Below are positions 1 to 9,217 of a DNA stretch of 64,000 nt, piece after piece. A program made the position numbers and the translations under genes. How positions within the stretch are numbered: the stretch's first letter is position 1; every line of letters starts with the position of its first letter. A model generated the notes under the pieces. That model was not told the DNA's origin. It ran no database searches and was given only the letters and a program-made list of their open reading frames with translations. The DNA comes from an uncultured Opitutia bacterium (GTDB lineage: Bacteria; Verrucomicrobiota; Verrucomicrobiia; Opitutales; Opitutaceae): contig CAILHZ010000011.1 of NCBI GenBank assembly GCA_903834135.1, positions 22,061 to 86,060 of the forward strand. Reading direction: 5' to 3'.

Positions 1-465
1 AAAATTCCAGAAGGTAAACCTGGTGCAGGAATAGTTATCAAAGACAGCATTGCAGATATCGCTCTACAACAAGTACTCACACGTCCAACTGATTTCGACG
101 TTATAGCAACCTTGAATCTTAACGGTGACTATCTCTCCGATGCACTCGCTGCGCAAGTGGGTGGTATCGGTATAGCTCCTGGTGGAAATATCAATTACAT
201 CTCTGGTCACGCTATCTTCGAAGCTACCCATGGTACTGCACCTAAGTACGCTAATAAGGACGTTGTTAATCCAGGTTCCGTTGTTCTCTCCGGAGAAATG
301 ATGTTCCGCTACATGGGCTGGGATGAAGCAGCTGACTTAATCCTTAAGGGTCTTAACGGTGCAATCGGTTCGAAGAAAGTTACCTATGACTTTGCACGTC
401 AAATGGAAGGTGCGACCGAAATTAAATGTTCTGCATTTGGCGATAATATCATTAGCCACATGTAA
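1..465 (+). CDS. icd: NADP-dependent isocitrate dehydrogenase, C-terminal part (5' end outside window)
   Basis: Frame 1 is open from base 1. The translation ...[52 protein letters not shown]...[13 protein letters not shown] matches the conserved C-terminal third of E. coli-type IDH ([23 protein letters not shown], C-terminal CSxFGDxIIxxM). Confidence 0.95.
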   Translation, partial: KIPEGKPGAGIVIKDSIADIALQQVLTRPTDFDVIATLNLNGDYLSDALAAQVGGIGIAPGGNINYISGHAIFEATHGTAPKYANKDVVNPGSVVLSGEMMFRYMGWDEAADLILKGLNGAIGSKKVTYDFARQMEGATEIKCSAFGDNIISHM

Positions 466-502
466 TATATAAAAGCCGCAGACAGCTGCCGCTTAAAATA
501 AC

Positions 503-562
503 GTCCCACGATGAAAGCACGAGCGATGAATATCGGGTGCCTAATTATCGTGGGACTTTTTT
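503..562 (+). terminator. Intrinsic terminator-like hairpin downstream of icd
   Basis: Perfect 10-bp inverted repeat GTCCCACGAT (503-512) / ATCGTGGGAC (547-556), followed directly by T6 (557-562). It begins 38 nt after the icd stop. A weaker hairpin, GCCGCAG-ACAG-CTGCCGC, lies at about 473-490. Confidence 0.6.
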
Positions 563-1767
563 ATGCCCTAAGACTGAGTACTATGTGTATAGCTTCTGAA
601 GATTCTTACGCAGAAGCACTGAAAGAAATTGAACTCAAGGTTGAAGATTTAAAGACAAAGCTAGGTCCTAATGCCGGTATTCCTGAGGTAGCTGATACCT
701 ACACAAAAGTTCCACACAGTGCTCGAATCCTAACTTCAGCTGAAGTTGAAAAAGCATTTAGTCCTATCTACAGCCAAATTCATAAAGAAGAGAAAAACTG
801 GCAAATAGGAATTAATCCTAGAGAACTTAAATACCCACTACGCGCTGAAGCTTCAATACTTGCAGCACTTGTAACAGCAATACGTTCACATATTGGAGAT
901 GAAAATCTAAGCATTAAATTAGCTCACGATATATCCCAATTCCTTATTTGGACTCAAACACAAGCTGGAACGGGTGTTTATCCTTTCCCGATGACTAATG
1001 AAGGCAAAGGGGCTGCGTTTAATGCTGTGAATCATTTTTTAAGTGAGGCTAAAAAACAAGGAAACCTCAAAGAAGTAATTAACAATAACTGGCTTTGCGC
1101 AGATTTTTCAGACGGTGGTCTTCAGTTTGATAATGCCGAAGTGGGTATCGCGATGTTTCAGTTATATGAATTAACGCAGGATAAAGCCTATCTCATTTCA
1201 GCTACACAAGCTGCAGATTGGGCCGCACATCACATCATTGTTCGTAACTGGAACTACAATGCATTCAGTATCGGTTTATTAGCCAAAGCTTATAGTGTAA
1301 CACACAATCCTATATATTTACACGAGGCTATACACAAAGCTACGCTAGGCGTCATTCCAGGACAATTAACTACAGGTCCAGAACGTGGCAGGTGGCTTGA
1401 TCAGCATAATGCTAGACCAGCGTATCACTATATTATGATGCAGGCGCTTTGTGAACTTATTGAAGTGATGCCTGTAAGTAATCCAGCACACAGTGCAATA
1501 ATTGACTGTATTAAAATCGGCTTAATAAATCGCAATGAAGATTTCTTAACCAAAGGGGCACCAACTAAAGAAAAAGCTTTCACTGCACTTATAGCAGCAA
1601 AACGAGTTTTTAAAAATGATCCTCAATTTTTAAAAGACACACACACCCTAGAGGCACTTCATAATTTAGAGCTTATTATTTCTTCACAGTACTTACATGG
1701 AAGCTTTCCATTATCACCACGGGAATGGGCACTGTTTTTAGCGGAAGTAAAACAGGGTAGTGATTAA
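511..1767 (+). CDS. Hypothetical protein, possibly secreted, with an alpha/alpha-toroid-like repeat pattern; start uncertain (511, 526 or 583)
   Basis: Long ORF with a hydrophobic N-terminus (MNIGCLIIVGLFYALRLSTMCIA). The internal helical-repeat pattern (AEVGIAMFQLYELTQDKAYL..., WNYNAFSIGLLAKAYSVTHNPIYL) resembles six-hairpin enzymes. No family was recognised with certainty. The 5' end overlaps the terminator-like hairpin at 503-562. Confidence 0.55.
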   Translation: MKARAMNIGCLIIVGLFYALRLSTMCIASEDSYAEALKEIELKVEDLKTKLGPNAGIPEVADTYTKVPHSARILTSAEVEKAFSPIYSQIHKEEKNWQIGINPRELKYPLRAEASILAALVTAIRSHIGDENLSIKLAHDISQFLIWTQTQAGTGVYPFPMTNEGKGAAFNAVNHFLSEAKKQGNLKEVINNNWLCADFSDGGLQFDNAEVGIAMFQLYELTQDKAYLISATQAADWAAHHIIVRNWNYNAFSIGLLAKAYSVTHNPIYLHEAIHKATLGVIPGQLTTGPERGRWLDQHNARPAYHYIMMQALCELIEVMPVSNPAHSAIIDCIKIGLINRNEDFLTKGAPTKEKAFTALIAAKRVFKNDPQFLKDTHTLEALHNLELIISSQYLHGSFPLSPREWALFLAEVKQGSD

Positions 1768-2441
1768 CTTCTAAAAGATAGCCGCTTATTGCGTAAACTT
1801 AAGAGTTGGTAAGCTATCGCAGTTACTCCGGTGAGTAGTGCTGGAAAATAAAGCGCAGCATAGTTAATTTTATTAAAGAGTAGCGTTCCTACAAAACCTC
1901 CAAAAATGAATCCAGAAATCACTATGACACATAGTCTGAGACGTCTTGCATCAACACGTCTACCACGCAGTACGTGACCAATTGCAATTCCAAGATCAGT
2001 GAACATGCCGGACACGTGGGTTGTTCGAACAACTGAACCACTGTAGGTCGTAGCCATGGCATTTTGAAGGCCACAGGCACAAGCAGCGCAGTAATATCCA
2101 AAAACACTGTTGTGCTGCATACAAGGAACCGCACAAGCAAGTAACAGTGACTCTAAAAGTAAAACTACACTGTAGTGGCCACCAATCTTTAAGGCTGAAT
2201 CTTCGATTAAAAATCCACTTATTGCAGTACCTAGCACGAATGCGAAAATCCCACCAAATAGTTTTATACACGCGAACATATCAAAGTGACCAAGCGCTGC
2301 ACCAAATAATGACGTAGAACCAGACAAGTGAGTGATACCTTGATGCTCAAAACCTAAAAATCCGACCACGTTTACAATTCCGGCGATGAAAGCTAAAGCC
2401 CACGCACCAGACCACACCCAGCGTGGTAATAAATTGATCAT
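1764..2441 (-). CDS. DUF1275/YoaK-family inner-membrane protein
   Basis: About 6 predicted TM segments. The N-terminal pattern LAFIAGIVNVVGFLGF..GITHLSGSTSLFG resembles the DUF1275 signature (aGfvdavgfl...vshmTGNt). Confidence 0.7.
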   Translation of the reverse strand: MINLLPRWVWSGAWALAFIAGIVNVVGFLGFEHQGITHLSGSTSLFGAALGHFDMFACIKLFGGIFAFVLGTAISGFLIEDSALKIGGHYSVVLLLESLLLACAVPCMQHNSVFGYYCAACACGLQNAMATTYSGSVVRTTHVSGMFTDLGIAIGHVLRGRRVDARRLRLCVIVISGFIFGGFVGTLLFNKINYAALYFPALLTGVTAIAYQLLSLRNKRLSFRS

Positions 2442-2746
2442 ATCAAGTAACTTATTCGTTTAAACCTACGTAGCAACTGAACACTAAATTACCGATATAA
2501 CGAAAGAGTCGTGGTATCTTAAGGTGCTTACTAAAGACACCTAAATGTACAGTAAACGATAGATTTATTCAGGATATTATTATTTAACATAATATCTATT
2601 GTGCGATAAATCATATATTCATGAAACTGTAGTTCTTTATACATCAGTTAGTTACAATAGTATGATATGTGCGATGCGTATTCGCATCTATTAAATTAAC
2701 CTGATTTACATAGGGTCCACAATTAACCCTACAAAAGACGGTATAA

Positions 2747-4453
2747 CTACTTAGAATGCGTAGAAACACGCCATAACGTTCCATTGGCATCATCACTTAC
2801 AATTAACGCTCCATCATGAGCTACGGTTACACCTACAGGTCGACCCCAAACGTGACCATCATCGACTACAAAGCCTGTAATGAAATCTTCGTATGAACCT
2901 GTAACTTTACCATCTACTAAATGAACCCGGATAACTTTACTTCCAGTGCGGCCAGTTCGATTCCAGGAACCATGAAAAGCTGCGAAAATATCACCCGTAT
3001 AATCCGACGGGAATGCAGATACACCAGCTTGCTGCTTTGGATAGAATGTTAGTTGTAACGTAGCTGAATGAGGCTGCACTGGTAAATCAGGGACAATCGC
3101 TTTTCCAGCCAAATCAGGACGTTCTCCAGCATGACGTGGATCTTCGTGATTACCCATGTAATACCAAGGCCAACCATAAAATCCACCTTCTTCAATGTGA
3201 GTAATATAATCAGGTACTAAATCATCACCCAATGCGTCACGTTCATTAGTTGAGACCCATAATTTGCCTGTATCTGGTTGTATAGCTATGCCAACGGCAT
3301 TGCGAACACCCGTTGCATAATATTTTAAAGGTAATTTACCTTCTGGATCAGTGTGTAGTATATCAGCTCTATTTTCCTCGTCATCCCAAGCTGCTCCAGG
3401 TGCATGTGATAAGTTCCAAGCCTTAAGTGATTCACTCGTTTTCTTAGACATTGCCTCTGCAACATTTGATACTGAGCCAACGGATATAATCAGTCGTTTG
3501 TTATCGAGTGTAAAAGCAATATCACGTGTTGAATGCCCACCTGTATTATGAGCTAGTTCCGGGATAATCACTTCAGGCTTAGCAGATGCTTTTAAATCAC
3601 CTGAATGATAAGGATAACGTACAACCGTATTTAAAGTAGCTATATAAAGCCACTTAGGATCATCTCCTAACGGATAGAATGCTATTCCAAATGGCCCTTG
3701 TAAACCCTCAGCAAAAACGCTCAAAGAAACAGGTTCATTAGCTCCGTCCTTTGTACGAAGAATTTTAATTTTCCCTGCTCTTGTCTCAGCTATGAAAATA
3801 TCACCATTCGGTGCTGTGCGCATAAGCCGTGGTCCAGACAAATGTGATGCAAACAACTTAACTTGAAATCCTCGTGGGACTGATAAGGAAGCGCCCTCAG
3901 GACGTTTAACTGTTTTAGGTGAATTCCCTGCAGATTTAGTTGCATAAGGTTTAGGTAGATTACTTAGATTAATTTGATGCGTAATACCTGGTGCATCGTT
4001 TTGATAATCACCTAATGTTTTTACGTGCGCCTGCTTAACTAGATTTCCTTCTTTAACAATCGCAGGTGCCGTCAGTGTACAAAGATATGAAACTAGATCA
4101 GATCTATCTGATTCATTTTGGATCATAACAGCCATTGCTGTTCCTGGTATGAGTAGAGCTGGACCCTTTAAGAATTCATTAAGTGTTTTATTTGACCATA
4201 TAACACCCGAGGTACTCAGAGCTTTTGTATAGCTAAAATCAGAAAGTGATCCTGCAGGTTTACCTACAATACCAGCAATCAAAGGCCCCTGCCCTGATAT
4301 CGCTTGATCCTTAAGTCCTATAGAATGACAGATAGAACAATTCTGCTGAAACAACAGTTTACCATGATTAATATCATCGGAGGCAGCAGCTAATACAGAT
4401 AAACAAAGAAAACTTGAAGATAAGCAAACACGCAAAGAAACAATAATTCGCAT
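2747..4453 (-). CDS. Cytochrome c domain fused to a PQQ-dependent sugar (sorbosone-type) dehydrogenase beta-propeller
   Basis: Signal peptide from the ATG at 4453 (MRIIVSLRVCLSSSFLCLSVLAAA). Haem motif CSICH near the N-terminus. The C-terminal region has GFYGWPWYYMG and repeated propeller blades typical of the sorbosone/glucose dehydrogenase family. The track start at 4480 is GTG; the ATG at 4453 is preferred. Confidence 0.8.
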   Translation of the reverse strand: MRIIVSLRVCLSSSFLCLSVLAAASDDINHGKLLFQQNCSICHSIGLKDQAISGQGPLIAGIVGKPAGSLSDFSYTKALSTSGVIWSNKTLNEFLKGPALLIPGTAMAVMIQNESDRSDLVSYLCTLTAPAIVKEGNLVKQAHVKTLGDYQNDAPGITHQINLSNLPKPYATKSAGNSPKTVKRPEGASLSVPRGFQVKLFASHLSGPRLMRTAPNGDIFIAETRAGKIKILRTKDGANEPVSLSVFAEGLQGPFGIAFYPLGDDPKWLYIATLNTVVRYPYHSGDLKASAKPEVIIPELAHNTGGHSTRDIAFTLDNKRLIISVGSVSNVAEAMSKKTSESLKAWNLSHAPGAAWDDEENRADILHTDPEGKLPLKYYATGVRNAVGIAIQPDTGKLWVSTNERDALGDDLVPDYITHIEEGGFYGWPWYYMGNHEDPRHAGERPDLAGKAIVPDLPVQPHSATLQLTFYPKQQAGVSAFPSDYTGDIFAAFHGSWNRTGRTGSKVIRVHLVDGKVTGSYEDFITGFVVDDGHVWGRPVGVTVAHDGALIVSDDANGTLWRVSTHSK

Positions 4454-4557
4454 ATATAAATAGTAGTTAGCAGAAAACACCGGTTATCATCTATAAAAAT
4501 AGTCTGTGAACAACTCCAGACTGTCTCTGACAGTCTGAAATTGTACTAAACTACTTT

Positions 4558-5895
4558 TTAGCCATTTAGCGTGTAGCCTGCCCTGTAATTACGGCTGAGA
4601 TAAGTATTTGCTTCGCTGGAATTAGTAACTACGCCATTAGCTCCGTCATACTCAATTTTCTTACCAACACGGTAAGCCACTAAACCAAGAAGCATCTGCT
4701 CAATCATAGTACCTGAATAATCGAAATTACAGGATGTTTTTTGACCGGTCTTGCAGGCAGCAAACCATTCTTGCTGAAACCCATTTACCGTAGGTATAAG
4801 TTCATCTTTAGATGGAGACTTGTAATAGGTCATATCCGCATTATCTCCTACAGGAATGATTAAACGGTTATTAAAATCAGCAACGACAAATCCTTTACTG
4901 CCCTTAAACATAGCTCCGTGATCAATCTTTTTTAAATCAAGCCAACTCTTAGGAGACTTAGGCATTGCACCACCTTGATACCAACTAATTTTAATAGGTC
5001 CGCGCCAGTCATTAGCTGGATTATCATAGTGAGATTCCATGGTAACTGGACTTACCTCTGGGTTAAACGCCTCACCACTAGCTTCTGCACTCGTAGCATG
5101 TTCTGCATCTACAACATTCCATAATAAATCCATGGTATGACTGCCCATATCCCCTACTTGGCCATTTCCGAAATCCCAGAACATATTCCATTCAAGGCAA
5201 TTTGCTCCTGAACCACCTCTAAAGTATCCAGGATTGTATGGATGGTAGGGAGCAGGCCCAAGCCATAGATCATAATGAAGATTCGAAGGAGGTGCACCTG
5301 CTGCAGGATAATACCCTGGCCTACGAATTTGACGATTACCCCAAGCATAGGCTGCCGTTAATTCACCAATTGCCTTATCCCGTATTAATTCACGTAAGCG
5401 ATTAAAATTCTGGAAAGCATGACGCTGCATTCCAACCTGAGTGGCTAACTTATCTTTTTTCGATAAATAATTAGCACGCACAATACGGGCTTCCTCAATT
5501 GTATTTGCTAACGGTTTTTCGCAGTAAACATGAAGTCCACGATTTAATGCCCAATTGGATACAAAGGCGTGATGATGATCTGCAGTACAAATCACTACCC
5601 CATCTAAACCTAGTTTCTGATGGTCATCTAATAATTTTCGCCAATCAAAATACTGCTTAGCACGTGGAAACTGTTTTGCTCCAAACGCTAAGTGGTCTTC
5701 ATTAATATCACACAAAGCTACAACATTTTGTGTTTTAAGCGCATCAAAGTGAGCTTCACCTCTTCCCCATGTACCAATAAGTGCTAAATTGAGCTTATTA
5801 CTAGGTGCATCAGCTCCAAAAAGTTTAATCTGAGACAAAATAAGCGGTGCAGAGACGGCCATAGCCGCCGAAGTGATAAATTTACGACGATTCAT
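4558..5895 (-). CDS. Gfo/Idh/MocA-family oxidoreductase with twin-arginine (Tat) signal
   Basis: N-terminus MNRRKFITSAAMAVSAPLIL is a Tat motif. A Rossmann segment LALIGTWGRGEAHF follows, then the EKPLA motif (VYCEKPLANT) typical of Gfo/Idh/MocA. Confidence 0.85.
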   Translation of the reverse strand: MNRRKFITSAAMAVSAPLILSQIKLFGADAPSNKLNLALIGTWGRGEAHFDALKTQNVVALCDINEDHLAFGAKQFPRAKQYFDWRKLLDDHQKLGLDGVVICTADHHHAFVSNWALNRGLHVYCEKPLANTIEEARIVRANYLSKKDKLATQVGMQRHAFQNFNRLRELIRDKAIGELTAAYAWGNRQIRRPGYYPAAGAPPSNLHYDLWLGPAPYHPYNPGYFRGGSGANCLEWNMFWDFGNGQVGDMGSHTMDLLWNVVDAEHATSAEASGEAFNPEVSPVTMESHYDNPANDWRGPIKISWYQGGAMPKSPKSWLDLKKIDHGAMFKGSKGFVVADFNNRLIIPVGDNADMTYYKSPSKDELIPTVNGFQQEWFAACKTGQKTSCNFDYSGTMIEQMLLGLVAYRVGKKIEYDGANGVVTNSSEANTYLSRNYRAGYTLNG

Positions 5896-5972
5896 AATGG
5901 GTATTGGGATTAACTATGATGACTAAGACGTATTGCACTAATCTAAGTTACAGCTCAACCCTATCCGCATTA

Positions 5973-6917
5973 CTACATACCCGCTGTAAGATAGATCACT
6001 GCTGAAAGTGTAAACAGACTAAGAATACTACTTAAAAGTAAACTAGCTCCTGATACTTCAGATTTAATGTCATTGGCTAGACCAAAAAGGATACCAAAAA
6101 AACCACAAGGAACTGCAGCAATTAAAATAGCTGCGCGTGCCGTAGGACCAGTAAGTCCTAGGGCTATAACAAAACCAAAGGCAATCAAAGGCTGTAAAAA
6201 ATTCTTAAGTACAACGCCAATGATAACAGGAGGACTAAAACGGATCGTCTGAGTTGATAACACTAGTCCAGTAAGAAACAGGGCAACGCCTGGTGTTGCC
6301 TTACCAATTAAATCGCAAGAAGTGAGAGCAATTTCTGGAATGTGCCAGCCAAGTAGCGCTACCGCAATTCCAGCAAAAGGCCCTATCATGATAGGTCTTT
6401 CAAGAAGATGAATAGTTAAGTCTTTCATCTGCTTACCTAGTGGTAGCCCTTGAGTGGTTGCTTTTGTAGCAGCTAGGATAGCTAGCGTAATAGGTGACAT
6501 AAATACAACACCCACACAAATAGAGATAGCTATATCAACTAAGATACCCTGGCCTAAAACACTGACTAATAAAGGGAGCGCAATCGCTGTAGTATTAGGT
6601 AGTCCTACGGTAAGTGCTCGTACTGAATTCTCTCCGCGAGTTGCTCCGAAAAATCGCCCTTGGATAAAATAATTAATGGCATACACAGTCCACATAGTTA
6701 GCACTAAAACTGCCACGAAGTTATATTCACCCAGTAACTTAGCACGTGGCGTTTGAGAACTAGCTTTGAAAAGCGCTATCGGAAGCGCAAAATTCATCAC
6801 AAATAAATTCAGACTTCTTACTTGAACGTTATCTATAATCCTTCTTTTTCCTGCGATAAACCCGAGTGCTAAGACAAAAAATACCGGAGTGAGTGTATTT
6901 GTGATAATAGTGAACAT
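5973..6917 (-). CDS. AEC (auxin efflux carrier) family transporter
   Basis: About 10 TM segments. The N-terminus MFTIITNTLTPVFFVLALGFIAGKRRIID is typical of AEC/malonate-type permeases. Confidence 0.8.
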   Translation of the reverse strand: MFTIITNTLTPVFFVLALGFIAGKRRIIDNVQVRSLNLFVMNFALPIALFKASSQTPRAKLLGEYNFVAVLVLTMWTVYAINYFIQGRFFGATRGENSVRALTVGLPNTTAIALPLLVSVLGQGILVDIAISICVGVVFMSPITLAILAATKATTQGLPLGKQMKDLTIHLLERPIMIGPFAGIAVALLGWHIPEIALTSCDLIGKATPGVALFLTGLVLSTQTIRFSPPVIIGVVLKNFLQPLIAFGFVIALGLTGPTARAAILIAAVPCGFFGILFGLANDIKSEVSGASLLLSSILSLFTLSAVIYLTAGM

Positions 6918-7106
6918 AGAATGCTAAAAAATTATAAGAAGCAAAAGTACCTACAAAAGCGTGTGTTTTATTAGGGGTAAACACCAATAGGATTAGGTAT
7001 TTATACTACATAACAATACAAAAGGTCGAATTGAATTTTTGATAAAAAGATAACTCTTGAGTGCTTGTGAATATGGATAAAATCATTTTATCTTATTAAT
7101 TCCCCA

Positions 7107-8267
7107 ATGAGCCCCACATCCCTACGTCAGTCATGGGTTAATCATTTGATCCGTGTAGTAAAAAAACCCCTCGAGGCTCAAGCCAACGGTAAGCTTCGCC
7201 TTACTATGCCAATCGAGTCTAAGTCATCCCGTGAGAATAGAGCTCAAGTAACCCACTTAGAAGCTGTAGGGAGAGCCTTAAGTGGATTAGCACCTTGGCT
7301 GGAACTTAAACATGTGCCAGAGTCTGAAAAACAATTGCAGACAGAAATGCGTGAAATTGCCCGCGCTGCACTTAAAAATGCGGTAGATCCTACCTCTGCT
7401 GATTATCTTAACTTTTCCCATGGGCAACAACCCGTAGTTGATGCGGCGTTTCTATGCCAGGCACTCATTAGAGCACCTAAGGCACTTTGGTTCTCACTGG
7501 ATAAATTAACTCAAGAACGTCTCATCAAAGAACTACAGTCATCTCGGACAATTACTCCGGGCTATAATAACTGGCTTTTATTCTCAGCGACCGTCGAAAT
7601 CGCCCTACTTAAATTCACCGGTTCTGCTGATATGGAGAGAATAGACTATGCCGTTCGCTCCCACGAATCATGGTACAAGGGTGACAGCATTTACGGTGAT
7701 GGACCTGATTTTCACTGGGACTATTACAATAGCTATGTAATACAACCAATGTTACTCGACGTTTTAGAAGCATCAGCTTCTCACAATAAAGCTTGGACTG
7801 CACTACTACCCAATGTGCGCACACGCGCAATTCGCTATGCTGCGATTTTAGAAAAACTTGTTGCTCCTGACGGAAGTTTTCCAGCAGTAGGTCGCTCACT
7901 TGCATACCGTTGTGGAGCAATGCATCATTTAGCTAATATGGCTTTACGTCATGAGCTCCCTGGTTCTGTTACACCTGCACAAGTACGCAGCGCCTTAACT
8001 AAAGTAATTGAGCGAACCTTAAGCGCTCAAGGCACCTATGATCAAGAAGGTTGGTTACAAGTTGGTCTTTGTGGGCATCAACCTAGCATTGGTGAAGAAT
8101 ACATTTCTACAGGCAGCCTTTACTTGTGTTCTACTGCATTTCTTCCACTAGGACTTCCAAGCGATGATTCCTTCTGGGCTGATGATTCTGTTTTAACCAC
8201 AAGCGAGCGCGTATGGAGTGGTCTTAATATAGCGAATGACCACGCCTTAATCGTAGAAAAAGTTTAG
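7107..8267 (+). CDS. DUF2264-family protein (alpha/alpha-barrel, putative glycoside hydrolase-like)
   Basis: Motif WYKGDSIYGDGPDFHWDYYNSYVIQPML matches my memory of the DUF2264 core. The genomic context is carbohydrate-related. Confidence 0.6.
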   Translation: MSPTSLRQSWVNHLIRVVKKPLEAQANGKLRLTMPIESKSSRENRAQVTHLEAVGRALSGLAPWLELKHVPESEKQLQTEMREIARAALKNAVDPTSADYLNFSHGQQPVVDAAFLCQALIRAPKALWFSLDKLTQERLIKELQSSRTITPGYNNWLLFSATVEIALLKFTGSADMERIDYAVRSHESWYKGDSIYGDGPDFHWDYYNSYVIQPMLLDVLEASASHNKAWTALLPNVRTRAIRYAAILEKLVAPDGSFPAVGRSLAYRCGAMHHLANMALRHELPGSVTPAQVRSALTKVIERTLSAQGTYDQEGWLQVGLCGHQPSIGEEYISTGSLYLCSTAFLPLGLPSDDSFWADDSVLTTSERVWSGLNIANDHALIVEKV

Positions 8268-8270
8268 CAC

Positions 8271-9212
8271 TTAGTTCGCCGCAACTTTTTGAGCAGTCCC
8301 AACGTGCTCTGCAAGGAACTGAAGCACAATAGGACGTAAGTCATAAGGTAGTGGCTTTTTATTCCATTTGGTCAGATCAAAGGTGTGTCCGATACCTGGA
8401 AGAAGAATGAATTTATGTGGAACATGATACTGGGTTAGTACCTTATCAAGCTCTTCAGATTGGCCGTGGTTTACCGTAGGATCAGCAAGACCTTGAGCAA
8501 TCAAAACAGGCGGGGACGACTTTGAAACATGAAATACAGGGGAGACATCACGCCATAGTGCATCGTTTTCATGGCGAGCTGCTCCAAATACTTTTTTAAA
8601 TTCCTTATCATCAGATAATACACCAGTAACTTCACCATGTGGGCCTGGTTTTTGACGCGTAAATAAATCGGTTATTCCATAGAAGTCGCCAATAGCCAAA
8701 ACGCTATCTGAAACACCTGGATAAGGAGATTCAGGCTCCAAGTTTGGTCTATCAGAAGTTAAGCCAACCATTAGAGCTAAATGCCCTCCAGCTGATCCTC
8801 CCATAACTGCGATACGCTTAGTATCGATATGGTATTTAGCATTATTGAAACGAAGAAAACGCACAGCATTCTTACAGTCATATAAATTAGTAGGCCAAGA
8901 TGCGGCACCCAATTTGTATTCAACGCTGACTGCAACATACCCTGCATTGGCAAGCGTTGTGCATATACTTAAAGCACGTGCTTCACTCTTTGTACCGTTT
9001 TGCCATCCACCTCCATGAATCCAAACTACGGCAGGTAAATCTCCTGTATACACTTTAGAATCGGGTAAATAAATATCTAGTTTGTCGCTACGTGATGCAT
9101 CTAAATATGAAACATCATTTTGTATGCTAATATCTGCTTTTACACTCAGCTCAGTGAAGCAATAAAGAGCTATTATACTACATAGTAAGTAAGAACGGAT
9201 TAGATTATACAT
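8271..9212 (-). CDS. Secreted alpha/beta-hydrolase (carbohydrate/aryl esterase type)
   Basis: Oxyanion motif VWIHGGGW and nucleophile elbow MGGSAGGH. Signal peptide from the ATG at 9212 (MYNLIRSYLLCSIIALYCF...VKA). That start avoids overlap with the upstream gene, whose stop is at 9218. Confidence 0.8.
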   Translation of the reverse strand: MYNLIRSYLLCSIIALYCFTELSVKADISIQNDVSYLDASRSDKLDIYLPDSKVYTGDLPAVVWIHGGGWQNGTKSEARALSICTTLANAGYVAVSVEYKLGAASWPTNLYDCKNAVRFLRFNNAKYHIDTKRIAVMGGSAGGHLALMVGLTSDRPNLEPESPYPGVSDSVLAIGDFYGITDLFTRQKPGPHGEVTGVLSDDKEFKKVFGAARHENDALWRDVSPVFHVSKSSPPVLIAQGLADPTVNHGQSEELDKVLTQYHVPHKFILLPGIGHTFDLTKWNKKPLPYDLRPIVLQFLAEHVGTAQKVAAN

Positions 9213-9217
9213 AGGTA

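Noticed and set aside
1922-2271. ORFs of 72 and 91 aa nested in other frames within the DUF1275 gene. Similar nested or antisense ORFs occur throughout the track (for example 3351-3551, 5154-5348, 6067-6252, 6454-6672, 7615-7920, 9709-10005, 12133-12486, 13387-13647, 14466-14750, 22972-23201, 32105-32428, 37942-38235, 50182-50622, 52962-53285, 59798-60091 and 63227-63547).
   Set aside because: Each lies fully inside a longer ORF that has clear family motifs. Their translations are low-complexity or compositionally odd, and none has a recognisable domain. I treat them as shadow ORFs.
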